Source: an uncultured Actinomycetes bacterium (GTDB lineage: Bacteria > Actinomycetota > Acidimicrobiia > IMCC26256 > JACDBD01). From it: 64,000 nucleotides of DNA. This document shows, piece by piece, positions 1 through 10,923 of this stretch. The notes under the pieces were generated by a model, which had not been told where the DNA came from, did not search any database, and saw nothing but the letters and a program-made list of their open reading frames with translations. The position numbers and the translations under genes were made by a program. The stretch's first letter is position 1, and every line of letters starts with the position of its first letter. The stretch lies in NCBI GenBank assembly GCA_963768605.1, contig CAVYIP010000002.1, positions 64,756 through 128,755 on the forward strand, given 5' to 3'.

Positions 1-136
1 GGGCGCGCGCCATGCGGTCCTCGCGGCTGAGCCACCGCGCGAGCTCGGCGGCGGACGCGCCCGACAGCTCGGGCCGCTCTTCGAACAGGTAGCGGAGCTG
101 CCCGACGACGCGCGAGACCGACGGCGCGTCCGACAC
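1..136 (-). CDS. Hypothetical protein, N-terminal part (runs off the window)
   Basis: GTG at 136, just after the stop of the acyl-CoA synthetase; reads VSDAPSVSRVVGQLRYLFEERPEL... open to the window edge. Confidence 0.35.
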   Translation of the reverse strand, partial: MSDAPSVSRVVGQLRYLFEERPELSGASAAELARWLSREDRMARA

Positions 137-138
137 GG

Positions 139-1677
139 TCAGCCGACCCCGCGGTCGCGGCCCTCCCAGTACGGGCCGCGGAGCTTGAACTTCTGCAGCT
201 TGCCGGTGGCGGTGCGGGCGAGCTCGGAGCGGAACTCGACCGACGTCGGGCACTTGTAGTGCGCGAGGTGGTCACGGGAGTGCGCGATGAGGTCTGCCTC
301 GCTCGCCTCCGCGCCGGGCGCGAGCACGACGAGCGCCTTCACGGTCTCGCCCCACTTCTCGTCGGGCACGCCGATCACCGCGACCTCCGCGACGGCCGGG
401 TGCGAGAACAGGCAGTCCTCGACCTCGATCGACGACACGTTCTCGCCGCCGGAGATGATGACGTCCTTCTTGCGGTCCTGAGATCGACAGGTACTCGTCG
501 TCGTCGATCGACACCGCCGTCGCCGGTGTGGAACCAGCCGGCGGGGATCGCCTTGGCCGTCTCGTCCGGCTGCTCCCAGTAGCCCGTCCATGATGACGTT
601 GCCGCGCGCGAGCACCTCGCCTTCGTCGTCGACGCGCAGCTGCACGCCGAGCGTGGGCGCACCGGCCCGCCCCAGCTGCTGCGCGCGTTCACCCGGGTCG
701 AGGTCGTCGTACTCGGCGCGGCTGCGGTTCATCGTGAGGAGCGGCGCAGTCTCGGTGAGCCCGTAGATCTGGATGAACTCCCAGCCGAGCTCGGTCTCGA
801 CCCGCTCGATCGTCCGGGTCGGCGGCGGCGCGCCCGCCACCACCATGCGGGTGCGGCCGCGGCCCGGGATCTCGCCCTGCCATTGCGCGGCGGCGTCGAG
901 CACCGCGTTGACGACCGCCGGCGCTCCGTTGAGCAGCGTGACGCCGTGCTCGTCGATGCGGCGGAGGATCTCGGCGCCGTCGACCTTGCGGATCACGATG
1001 TGGCGGCCGCCCATGCCGGTGACCGCGTACGGCATGCCCCATCCGTTGCAATGGAACATCGGCAGCGTGTGGAGGTAGACGTCGCGGTCGTTCACGCCGG
1101 TCTGCCATCCGAAGACGGTGGCGTTGATCCAGCAGTTGCGGTGCGTCAGCTGCACGCCCTTGGGCCGCGCGGTCGTGCCGCTCGTGTAGTTGATCGTGGC
1201 GGTGGCGTCCTCGTCGGGCTCCCAGGGCTCGGGCTCGACGCCCTCGCGAAACAGCTCCCGATCGGCTTCGGCGCCGATCACGAACCGGTGCTTCGCGCCG
1301 ACGCTCGAGAGCGACTCGTCGAGCTCGGGGTCGACGAGCAGCATGGAGGCGCCGGAGTGCTCGACGATGTACCCGACTTCGTCGGCGTTCAGCCGGAAGT
1401 TGACGGGCACGAGGATCCGGCCCGATCCGCTCACCCCGAAGAACGACACGAACAGGCGTGCCGCGTTGGGCGAGACGATCGCGACCCGCTCGCCCACACC
1501 GATCCCGAAGTGGTCCAACGCGGCCGCCTGCGCCCGCGCCAGCTCGCGCACGCGCCGGTAGGTCAGCCCGTCGAGGGGTGGGGCCGGCTGGTCGGGCTCG
1601 TCGAGGATGCCGATGCGGTCGCCGTACACGAGCGCGGCGCGCTCCAGGAAGTCGTTGACCGTCAGCGGCACCTTCAT
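139..1677 (-). CDS. AMP-binding acyl-CoA synthetase (frame disturbance near 480-580)
   Basis: YTSGTTARPKG, YGLTET, DRKKDVIISGGENVSS and ATGKLQK motifs; the GYW...WFHTGD segment lies in another frame (ORF 375..692). Confidence 0.9.
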   Translation of the reverse strand: MKVPLTVNDFLERAALVYGDRIGILDEPDQPAPPLDGLTYRRVRELARAQAAALDHFGIGVGERVAIVSPNAARLFVSFFGVSGSGRILVPVNFRLNADEVGYIVEHSGASMLLVDPELDESLSSVGAKHRFVIGAEADRELFREGVEPEPWEPDEDATATINYTSGTTARPKGVQLTHRNCWINATVFGWQTGVNDRDVYLHTLPMFHCNGWGMPYAVTGMGGRHIVIRKVDGAEILRRIDEHGVTLLNGAPAVVNAVLDAAAQWQGEIPGRGRTRMVVAGAPPPTRTIERVETELGWEFIQIYGLTETAPLLTMNRSRAEYDDLDPGERAQQLGRAGAPTLGVQLRVDDEGEVLARGNVIMDGLLGAAGRDGQGDPRRLVPHRRRRCRSTTTSTCRSQDRKKDVIISGGENVSSIEVEDCLFSHPAVAEVAVIGVPDEKWGETVKALVVLAPGAEASEADLIAHSRDHLAHYKCPTSVEFRSELARTATGKLQKFKLRGPYWEGRDRGVG

Positions 1678-1726
1678 GCCGACCCCCCTTCGCTCACGAG
1701 TCGAGCGTTTGGATCGTATCGAGGCA

Positions 1727-2858
1727 CTACGCGGGACGCAGCGTGCGCAGGGGGGCGCCGTGGGTCCACGCCGCCGGGTCGCCGGGACGGAAGCGGCGCC
1801 CGGCGCCTTCCTCGGCGATGCGCCGCCGAGCCAACTGTTCGGCGGCGCGACCCGGCGGCAACTTCTCCGTGCGGGCGAGCTCGAACACGCGGCGGACGGT
1901 GTCGGCGATCCGGGCGGTCCGCTTCCGGGCGTTGTCGCGGTCGTAGCCGACGAACTCCTCGGCGAGGTTGATGATCCCGCCCGCGTTCACCACGAAGTCG
2001 GGCGCGTAGAGGATGCCGCGCTCGGCAAGGGCGTCGCCATCGGTCGCTTCCGCGAGCTGGTTGTTGGCCGCGCCGCACACCGCCCGGCACTGCAACTGCG
2101 GGATCGTCTTCTCGTTGAGCACGCCGCCGAGCGCGCACGGCGCCAGGATGTCGCACGCCTCCTCCAGCGCCCGCTCGGCCGGGAGCGGCTCGGCCCCGAT
2201 CTCCTGCACCAGCAACGTCGACGCGTTCGCGGTGCACGTCCGCCACCGCGACGCGCGCGCCGGCCTCGGCGAGCAGGCGCGCGAGGTGCGTCCCGACGTG
2301 GCCGACGCCGTCGACGACCACCCGCTTGCCGGCGAGCGCGGCGTCCCCGTCGAGCTCCTCGAGGACCGCGCCCATCGCCTGCACCACGCCGTAGGCGGTC
2401 ATCGGCGAGGGGTCGCCCGAGCCGCCGGGACCCTCGAGCCCGGTGACCCACGGTGTCTCCGACGCGATGACCTGCATGTCGCGCGGCGTCGCCCCGACGT
2501 CCTCGGCCGCGATGTAGCGGCCACCCAGGTCGTCGATCGCCCGTCCCATGGCCCGCAGCAAGGCATCGCCGCGCGGCGCGTCGGGATCGTCCAGGAGCAC
2601 GACGGCCTTTCCTCCGCCCTGGTCCAGCCCGGCGGCGGCGGCCTTGAGGCTCATCGCCTCGGAGAGGCGCAGCGCGTCGACGACGGCGTCGCGCTCGGAC
2701 GGGTAGCGCCAGAACCGGATGCCGCCGAGGGACGGCCCGAGCGCGGTCGAGTGCACGGCGATGACTGCGCGTAGTCCCGACGGCGCGTCGGCGACGAAGA
2801 CGACCTGTTCGTGGCCCTTCGCGGTCATCAGCTCGGTGAGCGCGGCGTCGGTGGGCAT
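1727..2858 (-). CDS. Glu/Leu/Phe/Val dehydrogenase (Leu/Val/Phe DH type), frameshift near 2220
   Basis: HEQVVF, GPSLGGIR, GGGKAV, AEDVG, GDPSPMTAYGV, GVGHVG; C-terminal PCALG, GAANNQL and YAPDFVVNAGG in ORF 1727..2215. Confidence 0.9.
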
Positions 2859-2937
2859 CAGAGCCGACGGTACTGCGGCTGCGCGTCCGTTGCGCCTGAT
2901 GTGTTTCGGGTCCGGTGCTGTGCGAAGCTCACCGTTC

Positions 2938-4091
2938 GTGCGCGGCAAGTCCTTCGCTCTCGTTCTCTTTGCTCTCCTGGGCGTCCTCGGCATGGTCGCG
3001 TCCGCCTGCTCGAGCAGCGACAACAGCAACGCCAAGGGAGCGCAGCCGTCGACGACCGCGACCACCGCCGCGCCCACGACCGCGCCGCCGACAACCACGG
3101 CGAAGCCCGACCAACGTCTACGAGTTCACGCAGGCGAACCAGCTCGCGCCGTCGGTGCGCGACATTCCCAGCCGCGTCTACGTGCCGAACGGGATGTCGA
3201 ACACGGTCGACGTGATCGATCCGAACACGATGGCGGTCGTCGACCAGTTACCCGGTCGGGGAACTGCCGCAGCACGTCGTGCCGTCGTGGGACATGCAGA
3301 CGCTCTACGTGAACAACAACCAGGGCAACTCGTTGACTCCGATCGATCCCCGCACCGGGAAGCCGGGCGCAGCGATCCCGATCGCCGATCCCTACAACCT
3401 GTACTTCTCGCCCGACGGGACGAAGGCCATCGTCATGGCCGAGCGCGACAGCTCCGTCGACTTCTACGACCCGAAGAGCTGGACGCTCATCAAGAAGCTG
3501 CACATCCCACATGCCGGTGTGAACCACGCCGAATTCACACCCGACGGGAAGACCATGGTTGCGAGCACGGAGTTCTCGGGGTTCCTGGTGCGGATCGACC
3601 TCGACAGCATGGAGATCACCGGGGAGCTCAACGTGGGCGGGAAGCCCGTCGACGTCAAGCTCTCGCCCGACGGCACCGTCATGTTCAACGCCAACGAGAC
3701 GAAGGACGGCGTCACGGTGGTCGACTGGGCGAACATGAGCGAGCTCCAGTTCATCCCGACCGGCAAGGGCGCCCACGGCCTGTACCCGAGCCGCGACGGC
3801 AAGCAGCTGTACGTGACGAACCGCGGCGCCGGCTCGGTGACCGTGATCGACTTCGCCTCGCGCAGCGTCGTCGGCAACTGGCAGTTCGGCGGCAGCCCCG
3901 ACATGGGCGGGGTCAGCAGCGACGGCAAGCAGCTCTGGCTCAGCGGCCGCTACAACTCCGAGGTCTACGTGATCGACACGACGACCGGGCAGCTGATCAA
4001 GAAGATCCCGGTCGGCAACGGCCCGCACGGACTGGCGCTCTTCCCCCAACCGGGCCGGTACAGCATGGGCCACACGGGGAACTACCGCTAA
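2938..4091 (+). CDS. YncE/YVTN beta-propeller lipoprotein, frameshifts near 3110 and 3255
   Basis: Lipobox ASAC, Thr/Pro linker, repeated SPDG/LYVTN/IPVGxGPH blades across three frames. Confidence 0.8.
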
Positions 4092-4101
4092 AGACTCCCG
4101 G

Positions 4102-6301
4102 CTAGCGAGCCGCGTCCTGCAGCTGCGCGTCGCGCAAGAGCGGCGAGCCCTGCTTCACGAAGAGCGGCATCCGGCCGAGGGGGACGTCCTCGGTGAGCTC
4201 GACCGGGCCCTGCACCACTCGCGAGCGGTCCCAGAAGTCCACCCACTTGCCCTTCGGCAGGTACACGGCGCGGCTGCGCGCGCCCGACTGCCATACGGGC
4301 GCGACGAGGAGGTCGTTCCCGAGCAGCCACTCGTCCCACCGGTCGGCGACGTTCGGGTCGTCCGGGTAGTTGAACACCAGCGGCCGGACGAGCGGCGCGC
4401 CGGTGCGGTGCGCGTCGCGGGCGAGACGCTGCTGGTAGTCGGCGAGCGCGTGATGGAGCACGACGTAGCGACGGTAGATGTCGATCATCTCCTGATCGAC
4501 CTTCGGCTCCGTCGGCATGTCCCAGGGAGCGTCGGTGCCCTTGCCGTGGAACCGCATGAGCGGGGACAGGGCGCCCACCTCGATCCACCGGGCGAACACC
4601 TCGCGGTCGCCGAAGTCGCTGTACCCGCCGATGTCGGAGCCCCAGTACGGCAGGCCCATGAACGCGCAGCGCTGGAGGCTGACGAGCACGCTGCGCAGCC
4701 CGAGGTCGGTGGACGGCCCGGTGTCGGGCCGCTCGGGAATGAGGACTCCTTCGCGGCTGTGGGTGTCGCCGCCCCACGTCATCACATCGCGGGCTGTCCC
4801 GGTGTATGCGGCGCGCGCGATCGCCCATCCGTGACGGCCGCGGGCTTCGTCCAGGGCGCGTCGTACCGCCTGCTGGAGCAGGACGGGATACGCGTTGTGA
4901 ATCTGCCGGCCGTTGCGGCCGTCGTGGTACACGTCGTCGGGGTCGCTCGGGACGATCTCCTCGCTCCGGTCGACGAAGAACCCGTCGACGAGCCGTCCGG
5001 AACCCTCGAGGAAGCCGCGCAGGTCGCGCTCGAGCCCGCGCACGGCGGCCGGGTTCGTGAGGTCGAGCTCGCGTTCGCTGCCGGGCGCGAGCCAGCCCTT
5101 CTGACGCGCTTGCGCGGCGCGCTCGTCCAGCGCCCACTCCGACACCCACACCTGGTTCGACCAGCCGCGCCGCTTCATGACCTCGAGCATCCCGTCGGCG
5201 TCCGGGAAGCGGGCCGGGTCGAAGCGGAGCGTCCCGTAGCCCTCGGTGCCCTCCGCCCACGGCCGGTCGAAGTGATAGATGCCGACGGGGATGTCGTAGC
5301 GCTCGTAGTTGAGGAGGTCGTCGGCCACGGTCGGGTTCACGGGCACGCCGTCGACGTCGACGGGCTCGCCGATCACCGCCTGGTCGCGACCGCGCCAGTG
5401 CAGGAACACCTGCTTGGGCGGCACGAGCGGCCGGCCCGTGAGGCGCGAGTACGCGTCGTTCTGCTGGTAGTGGTCGCCGGCGAACACGAAGTAGCGACCC
5501 GCGTGCGCCTGCGGGTCGATCTCGTACTCGAAGGAGAGGACGGCCGGATCGGTCGCGCCGAGGTCGTAGGCGCCGGGCATCGACCCGTCGACGAACAACC
5601 CGTACCCGTTCGAAGATTGATAGAAGGGCGCGTAGGCGGAGATCGTCGGGCGCACGTACATCGAGACCCGTTCGCCCTTGCGGTCGAGCGTGCCGACGCG
5701 GCTGCGGCGTCAGCTCCGACGCGTTGAGGTCGTCGACGATGCGCTCGGTGAGCCCGTAGATGCGCTCGTCGGGCGACGTACCGAGCCGCTCGCCCCAATG
5801 GGTGATCGTGGCGTCCTCGAACGCCAGCGCCACCGACACCGTGTCGTCGGCGTGGGCCTGGAGCGTGACCGTGCCGGTGGTGCCGTCGCCGAAGGTGGCA
5901 CGCAGACCGAGAGCGCAGCGCCGGAGGTTCGCGGGCTCGGCGGCGGCGACAGGCACGGGCGCGCTCCCGTCGCCGCGCCGGAAGTAGAGCCCGCCGGCCG
6001 GGACCTCGTGCAGGATCACGCCCTTCCGCGTCGACACCGTGATCGTGAGTGGCGCGAGCGTGATCGCCAGGCGCATCCGCCCCACGCGCGTCGTGAGGCG
6101 ATCGCCGTCGCGATTGACGTCGGAGAAGTCACGTGCGGGCGCCCGCACGGCACCCGAGGCCTTCGCGACCGCCGGGTCCGCGCACTTCGAGGTTGCCTGC
6201 GCGTCGCGCGCAGCCTTCGCGGGGGCGGCGACACCGGCGGTCACGAAACCGACCGTGATCGCGGCGGCAACCGCAATCCACCCCTGCCTCGGGCGACGCA
6301 C
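4102..6301 (-). CDS. Secreted glycoside hydrolase family 31, frameshift near 5700
   Basis: Signal peptide; IYGLTER, APFYQSSNGYG, FFVDRSEE (nucleophile region), WGGD, WGSDIGGY, PLMRFHG, LLVAPV, YLPKGKW. Confidence 0.88.
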
Positions 6302-6305
6302 CGGC

Positions 6306-7325
6306 TCAGCCGCCCTTCAGCTCGACCACCGTTGCGACAGGCGCGCGATCGGTGCCCTGCCCGCCGACGAAGTACGCGGTATCCCCGATCGCGGTGACCG
6401 CGCCGTCCGTCACGGGCGCGGGAAGCGTCCCGGCCTCGGCGACGGTCGCGGCCTGCGGGTCGAACCGCAACACCTGCCCGGTCACCTGATTGGCGACGAA
6501 GCCGCCGAGCACGTAGATCCGGCCGCCGAGCTCGACGGCGCTGGCGTGTGACAGCGGCGCCGGCAGCTGCCCGACGACGCTGACCTTGCCGCTTCCGGGA
6601 TCGACCTTCTGGATCGAGCGAGTGTCGGCCCCGCTCGCGGTGGCCACGCCGCCGAACACGTAGATGGCCCCGCCGGTGGCCGCCACCGCCGGGTAGCGCA
6701 CGGGCTCGGCGAGGGCGCCGAGGATCCGGTAGTTCGTGCCGTCGTCGCTCACGAGCACGTTCGGCGAGATCTGGTGACCGTCGTACCCGCCGACCACGTA
6801 CACCTTGCCGCCGATCATCGCCGAGACATGATCCGACAACGGGCCGGGAACGCTCCCGACGACCTTGCCGGAGGAACCGGGCTGGAACGACTGCACGGAC
6901 GCGCTTCCTTCCTCACCCGTGCCCCCCGCGATCACGACGTACGCGCCGTTCACGACCGCGCCGGCCGCGTCGTGGACGGGCTGCGCGAGCGAGCCGAGCG
7001 TCTGCGACGCGCCGTTCGACGGGTCGACGCCCACGACGCTGCCGGTCGTCTGCTTCGAAGCGTCGAGCCCGCCCAGCACGAACAGCTGCTTCCCGTCTGT
7101 CAGCACGACCTCACGGGACGACGGCGACGGCAACTTCCACGGCGCCGGGGTGATGCGTACTCCACCGGCGGCGGTTGTCGCGGGTGTCGACGAAGCCGTG
7201 CTCGCGGGAGTGGTTGTCGAGGGCGCGCGCTTCGACGTGGAATCGCCTCCCCCACCTCCACCACACGCGGCGACGAGAAGGGCGACCGCGCCGATCGCGA
7301 CGGCGGGTCGGGCGGCGCGCAGCAC
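6306..7325 (-). CDS. Kelch-repeat beta-propeller lipoprotein
   Basis: Lipobox VAAC, Thr-rich linker, six hydrophobic-GG Kelch repeats (LFVLGG, VYVVGG, IYVFGG, IYVLGG...). Confidence 0.8.
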   Translation of the reverse strand: MLRAARPAVAIGAVALLVAACGGGGGGDSTSKRAPSTTTPASTASSTPATTAAGGVRITPAPWKLPSPSSREVVLTDGKQLFVLGGLDASKQTTGSVVGVDPSNGASQTLGSLAQPVHDAAGAVVNGAYVVIAGGTGEEGSASVQSFQPGSSGKVVGSVPGPLSDHVSAMIGGKVYVVGGYDGHQISPNVLVSDDGTNYRILGALAEPVRYPAVAATGGAIYVFGGVATASGADTRSIQKVDPGSGKVSVVGQLPAPLSHASAVELGGRIYVLGGFVANQVTGQVLRFDPQAATVAEAGTLPAPVTDGAVTAIGDTAYFVGGQGTDRAPVATVVELKGG

Positions 7326-7391
7326 GGCGGCACCCTTGCACACCGAATACGACCGGCCCCAGTCGGATCGTCACGATACGATCGGGCTCGA

Positions 7392-7502
7392 CCCAATGGG
7401 GAGCTCGGGACAGCCGGGCTGAGAGGGTGGCCACGCCGACAGCGTGTGGCGGCGCCACCGACCCGTGGAACCTGCACCGGGTAATTCCGGCGAAGGGAGG
7501 GA
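7392..7502 (+). ncRNA. TPP riboswitch
   Basis: GGGGAGC-P3-GCTGAGAG, P3a insert GGTGGC...GCCACC, GACCCGTGGAACCTG, CCGGGTAATTCCGGCGAAGGGAG; abuts the start codon of a thiamine operon. Confidence 0.93.
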
Positions 7503-8165
7503 TGGTGGAGACGCCCCCGGCGAGCGTGGCGCTCGTCTTCGCGGGCGGCGATCCGGTCGACGCCGCGCTGGCGGCGCGGCTGCCCGACGCCGGCTTCACC
7601 GTCGCCGCCGACTCGGGCGTCGAGCATGCGCTGGCGCTGGGGCGGGACGTCGACCTCGTCGTCGGAGACTTCGACTCCGCCGATCCGGCCGCAGTCGAGG
7701 CCGCCGTCGCCGCCGGCGCCGAGGTGCGCCGGTACCCCGCCGAGAAGGACCAGAGCGACCTCGAGCTCGCAGTGCGCGGCGGCGCGTGCCGGCGGCGCGA
7801 CGCACGTGATCGTCGTCGGCGGTTCCGGCGGGCGACTCGACCATCTCCTCGCGAATGCGCTGTTGCTCGCGTCTCCGTCGTTCGACGACATCGACATCGA
7901 GGCACTGCTCGATGACACCCGCATCACGGTCATCCGTCGCGACGCGCGTCTGTCGGGCGCGCCGGGCGACGTGTGCTCGCTGCTCGCCGCCGGTGGCCCC
8001 GCCCGCGGAGTGCGGACGACGGGCTTGCGGTATCCGCTCGACCACGAGGACCTCCTGCCCGGCTCGACCCGCGGCCTGAGCAACGAGCTGGCCGAACCCG
8101 TCGCGACCGTCTCGCTCGAGCACGGCGTCCTGCTCGCCCTGCAACCCGACCTCGGAGGAACCTGA
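7502..8165 (+). CDS. thiN: Thiamine pyrophosphokinase, frameshift near 7780
   Basis: AADSG, VGDFDS, EKDQSDLELA, GGRLDH, TTGLRYPL, GLSNE. Confidence 0.9.
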
Positions 8166-8166
8166 C

Positions 8167-9238
8167 ATGCGCCGACTGCCCACGTTCACGCTCGCCGTCT
8201 CGCTCCTCGTGGCGGCGGTCGCCGTCGGCGGCCCGGTCACCGCGACGGCATCGGCGCCGTCCGGCTCCGACGGCACGACGATCACGCTCATGACCCACGA
8301 CTCGTTCAGCGCGTCGAAGCGCGTCATGCGCCAGTTCACGAAGCAGACCGGCGTGAGCGTGGACGTGCTGCCGTCGGGCGACGCGGGCGCGGCCGTCAAC
8401 CAGGCGATCCTCACCAAGAACAACCCTCTCGGCGACGTGTTCTTCGGCGTCGACAACACGCTGCTGAGCCGGGCGCTCGACGAAGGCATCTTCGTCCCGT
8501 ACAAGTCGCCCGAGCTCGCGCAGATCCCGAAGGAGCTCCAGCTCGATCCCCGGAACCGCGTCAGCCCGGTCGACACCGGGGACGTGTGCATCAACTTCGA
8601 CCGGAAGTACTTCACCGACAAGAAGCTCACCGTCCCGAAGACGCTCGACGACCTGACGAAGCCGGAGTACAAGGGCCTGCTCGTCGTCGAGAACCCGGCG
8701 ACGTCGTCGCCCGGGCTCGCGTTCCTGCTCGCCACGGTGGCCAAGTTCGGACCCGACGGCTGGCGCGACTACTGGAGCAAGCTGCGCGACAACGACGTCA
8801 AGGTCGTCGACGGCTGGGAGCAGGCGTACAACACCGAGTTCTCGGGGAGCGCCGGCAAGGGCGACTACCCGCTGGTGGTGTCGTACGCGACCAGCCCTCC
8901 GGCGGAGGTCGTGAACGCCGAATCCCAGCCGGAGGAGCCGCCGACCGGCGCGCTGCTCGACACGTGCTTCCGCCAGATCGAGTTCGTCGGCGTCCTGAAG
9001 GGCACCGCGCACGAGAAGGCGGCGAAGCAGCTCGTCGACTTCATGCTGTCGGAGCGCTTCCAGCGCGACATGCCGCTCCAGATGTTCGTGTTCCCTGCCC
9101 GCGACGGCACGAAGCTCCCGCCCGCGTTCGTGAAGTACGCCAAGGTCGCTCCGACGGCCGTTCTCGCTCCCGCCCGAGGAGATCGCCCGCAACCGCGACC
9201 AGTGGATCGACCAGTGGACCAGCACCGTCCTCCGGTGA
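8167..9238 (+). CDS. thiB: Thiamine ABC transporter substrate-binding protein; true C-terminus ...NRDQWIDQWTSTVLR* lies after a frameshift near 9158
   Basis: THDSF, GDVFFGVDNT, DTGDVCIN, TSSPGLAF, SYATSP, CFRQIEF; downstream of the TPP riboswitch. Confidence 0.9.
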
Positions 9239-10923
9239 GCGCCGCGCTGATGCGTACCTCGAGGACGCTCAGCGTCCCTCAGATACGCACCGGTCGCGTC
9301 GCACGCGGGCTCCTGCTCGCGGTGCCGGTGGCGTTCCTCGGCGTGTTCTTCGTCTATCCGGTGGCGTCGATCATCGGCCGTGGGCTCACGCCGGGCGGGA
9401 CGCTGGACCTCAGCCCGATCGGCGCGGTCGTCACCGACTCGCAGCTGCGCGGCGTGGCGTGGTTCACGATCTGGCAGGCGACGGTGTCGACCGCGCTCAC
9501 GGTGCTCGTCGCGCTCCCCGGCGCATACGTGTTCGCACGGTACGAGTTCCGCGGCAAGCGACTCGTGCGGGCGGCGGTGCTCGTCCCGTTCGTGCTGCCG
9601 ACCGTCGTCGTCGGCTCCGCATTCCTCGCGCTGCTGGGCGACGGCGGCCCGCTCGGTTTCCTCGGCCTCGACCAGTCGCTCACCGCCATCCTCGTCGCCC
9701 ACGTGTTCTTCAACTACGCGGTCGTGGTGCTGATCGTCGGTGGACTGTGGGCGCACCTCGACCCGCGGCAGGAGGACGCGGCGCGAGTGCTCGGCGCCGG
9801 GCGGTGGCAGACGTTTCGCTCGGTCACGCTGCCGGCACTCCGACCCGCGATCGCGGCCGCGGCGGCGATCGTGTTCCTGTTCACGTTCACGTCCTTCGGC
9901 GTGATCCTGATCCTCGGCGGACCGGGCTACTCGACCCTCGAAACGGAGATCTACCGCCAGACGGTGCAGTTCCTCGACCTGCCGCAGGCCGCCGCGCTGT
10001 CCATCGTGCAGCTGGCCGCCGTCTTCGCCGTGCTGCTGGTCGCGGGCCGCGCGCAAGGCCGCCGGGCGCTGGCGCTGCGCCTGCGCGCCAGCGCGGAGAC
10101 GTCCCGCCGGGCTCGCACGCCCGGTGAGCGCGCCGTCGTGGGCCTCAACCTCGCGCTGATGGCCCTGCTGCTCGGCGGCCCGGTCCTCGTCCTCGTCCAG
10201 CGCTCGTTCGACACCGCCGGCGGGTACAGCTTCGGCTTCTACCGCGCGTTGTCGGAGCTGCGCCGCACGAGCACCATCTTCGTGCCTCCGATCGAGGCCG
10301 TGCGCAACTCGGTCGTGTTCGCGTCGATCGCGACCGTGATCGCGCTCGTGATCGGCGGATTGGCCGCGTTCGCGGTCGCCGGGCCCCGTCGCGGCGTCAA
10401 CCAGGCACGCGGTCTCGACACGCTGCTGCTCCTGCCCCTCGGCGTGTCGGCGGTGACGATCGGCTTCGGCTTCCTGATCGCGCTCGACCGGCCCCCGTTC
10501 GACCTGCGCGCGTCCCCCGCCCTGATCCCGATCGCGCACGCGCTCGTGGCGGCGCCGTTCGTCGCCCGGGTCATGATCCCGGTGCTGCGGTCCATCGACG
10601 AACGCCTGCGCGAGGCCGCCGCCGTCCTCGGCGCCTCGCCGCGACGCGTCTGGCGGGAGATCGACCTGCCGATCGTGGCCCGCGCCGTGCTCGTGGCCGC
10701 GGGCTTCGCGTTCGCGATCTCGCTCGGCGAGTTCGGCGCGACGATCTTCATCGCCCGTCCGGACTACCCGACGCTGCCCGTCGTCATCTTCCGGCTGCTC
10801 GGCCAGCCCGGTGCGTTGAACTTCGGCGCCGCGATGGCGGCGAGCGTCATCCTGATGGCCGTGACCGCGGCGGCGATCCTCGCCATCGAGCGGTTCCGCT
10901 TCGCCGACATCGGGGAGTTCTGA
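9235..10923 (+). CDS. thiP: Thiamine ABC transporter permease (two TM modules)
   Basis: PFVLPTVVVG, AHVFFN, two EAA loops (EDAARVLGA, EAAAVLGA), SLGEFGAT; GTGA overlap with the thiB stop. Confidence 0.88.
   Translation: MSAALMRTSRTLSVPQIRTGRVARGLLLAVPVAFLGVFFVYPVASIIGRGLTPGGTLDLSPIGAVVTDSQLRGVAWFTIWQATVSTALTVLVALPGAYVFARYEFRGKRLVRAAVLVPFVLPTVVVGSAFLALLGDGGPLGFLGLDQSLTAILVAHVFFNYAVVVLIVGGLWAHLDPRQEDAARVLGAGRWQTFRSVTLPALRPAIAAAAAIVFLFTFTSFGVILILGGPGYSTLETEIYRQTVQFLDLPQAAALSIVQLAAVFAVLLVAGRAQGRRALALRLRASAETSRRARTPGERAVVGLNLALMALLLGGPVLVLVQRSFDTAGGYSFGFYRALSELRRTSTIFVPPIEAVRNSVVFASIATVIALVIGGLAAFAVAGPRRGVNQARGLDTLLLLPLGVSAVTIGFGFLIALDRPPFDLRASPALIPIAHALVAAPFVARVMIPVLRSIDERLREAAAVLGASPRRVWREIDLPIVARAVLVAAGFAFAISLGEFGATIFIARPDYPTLPVVIFRLLGQPGALNFGAAMAASVILMAVTAAAILAIERFRFADIGEF

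Noticed and set aside
8167-10923. 918-aa ThiB-ThiP fusion
   Set aside because: The normal ThiB C-terminus and stop (9238) are present in another frame; a single indel near 9158 explains the fusion
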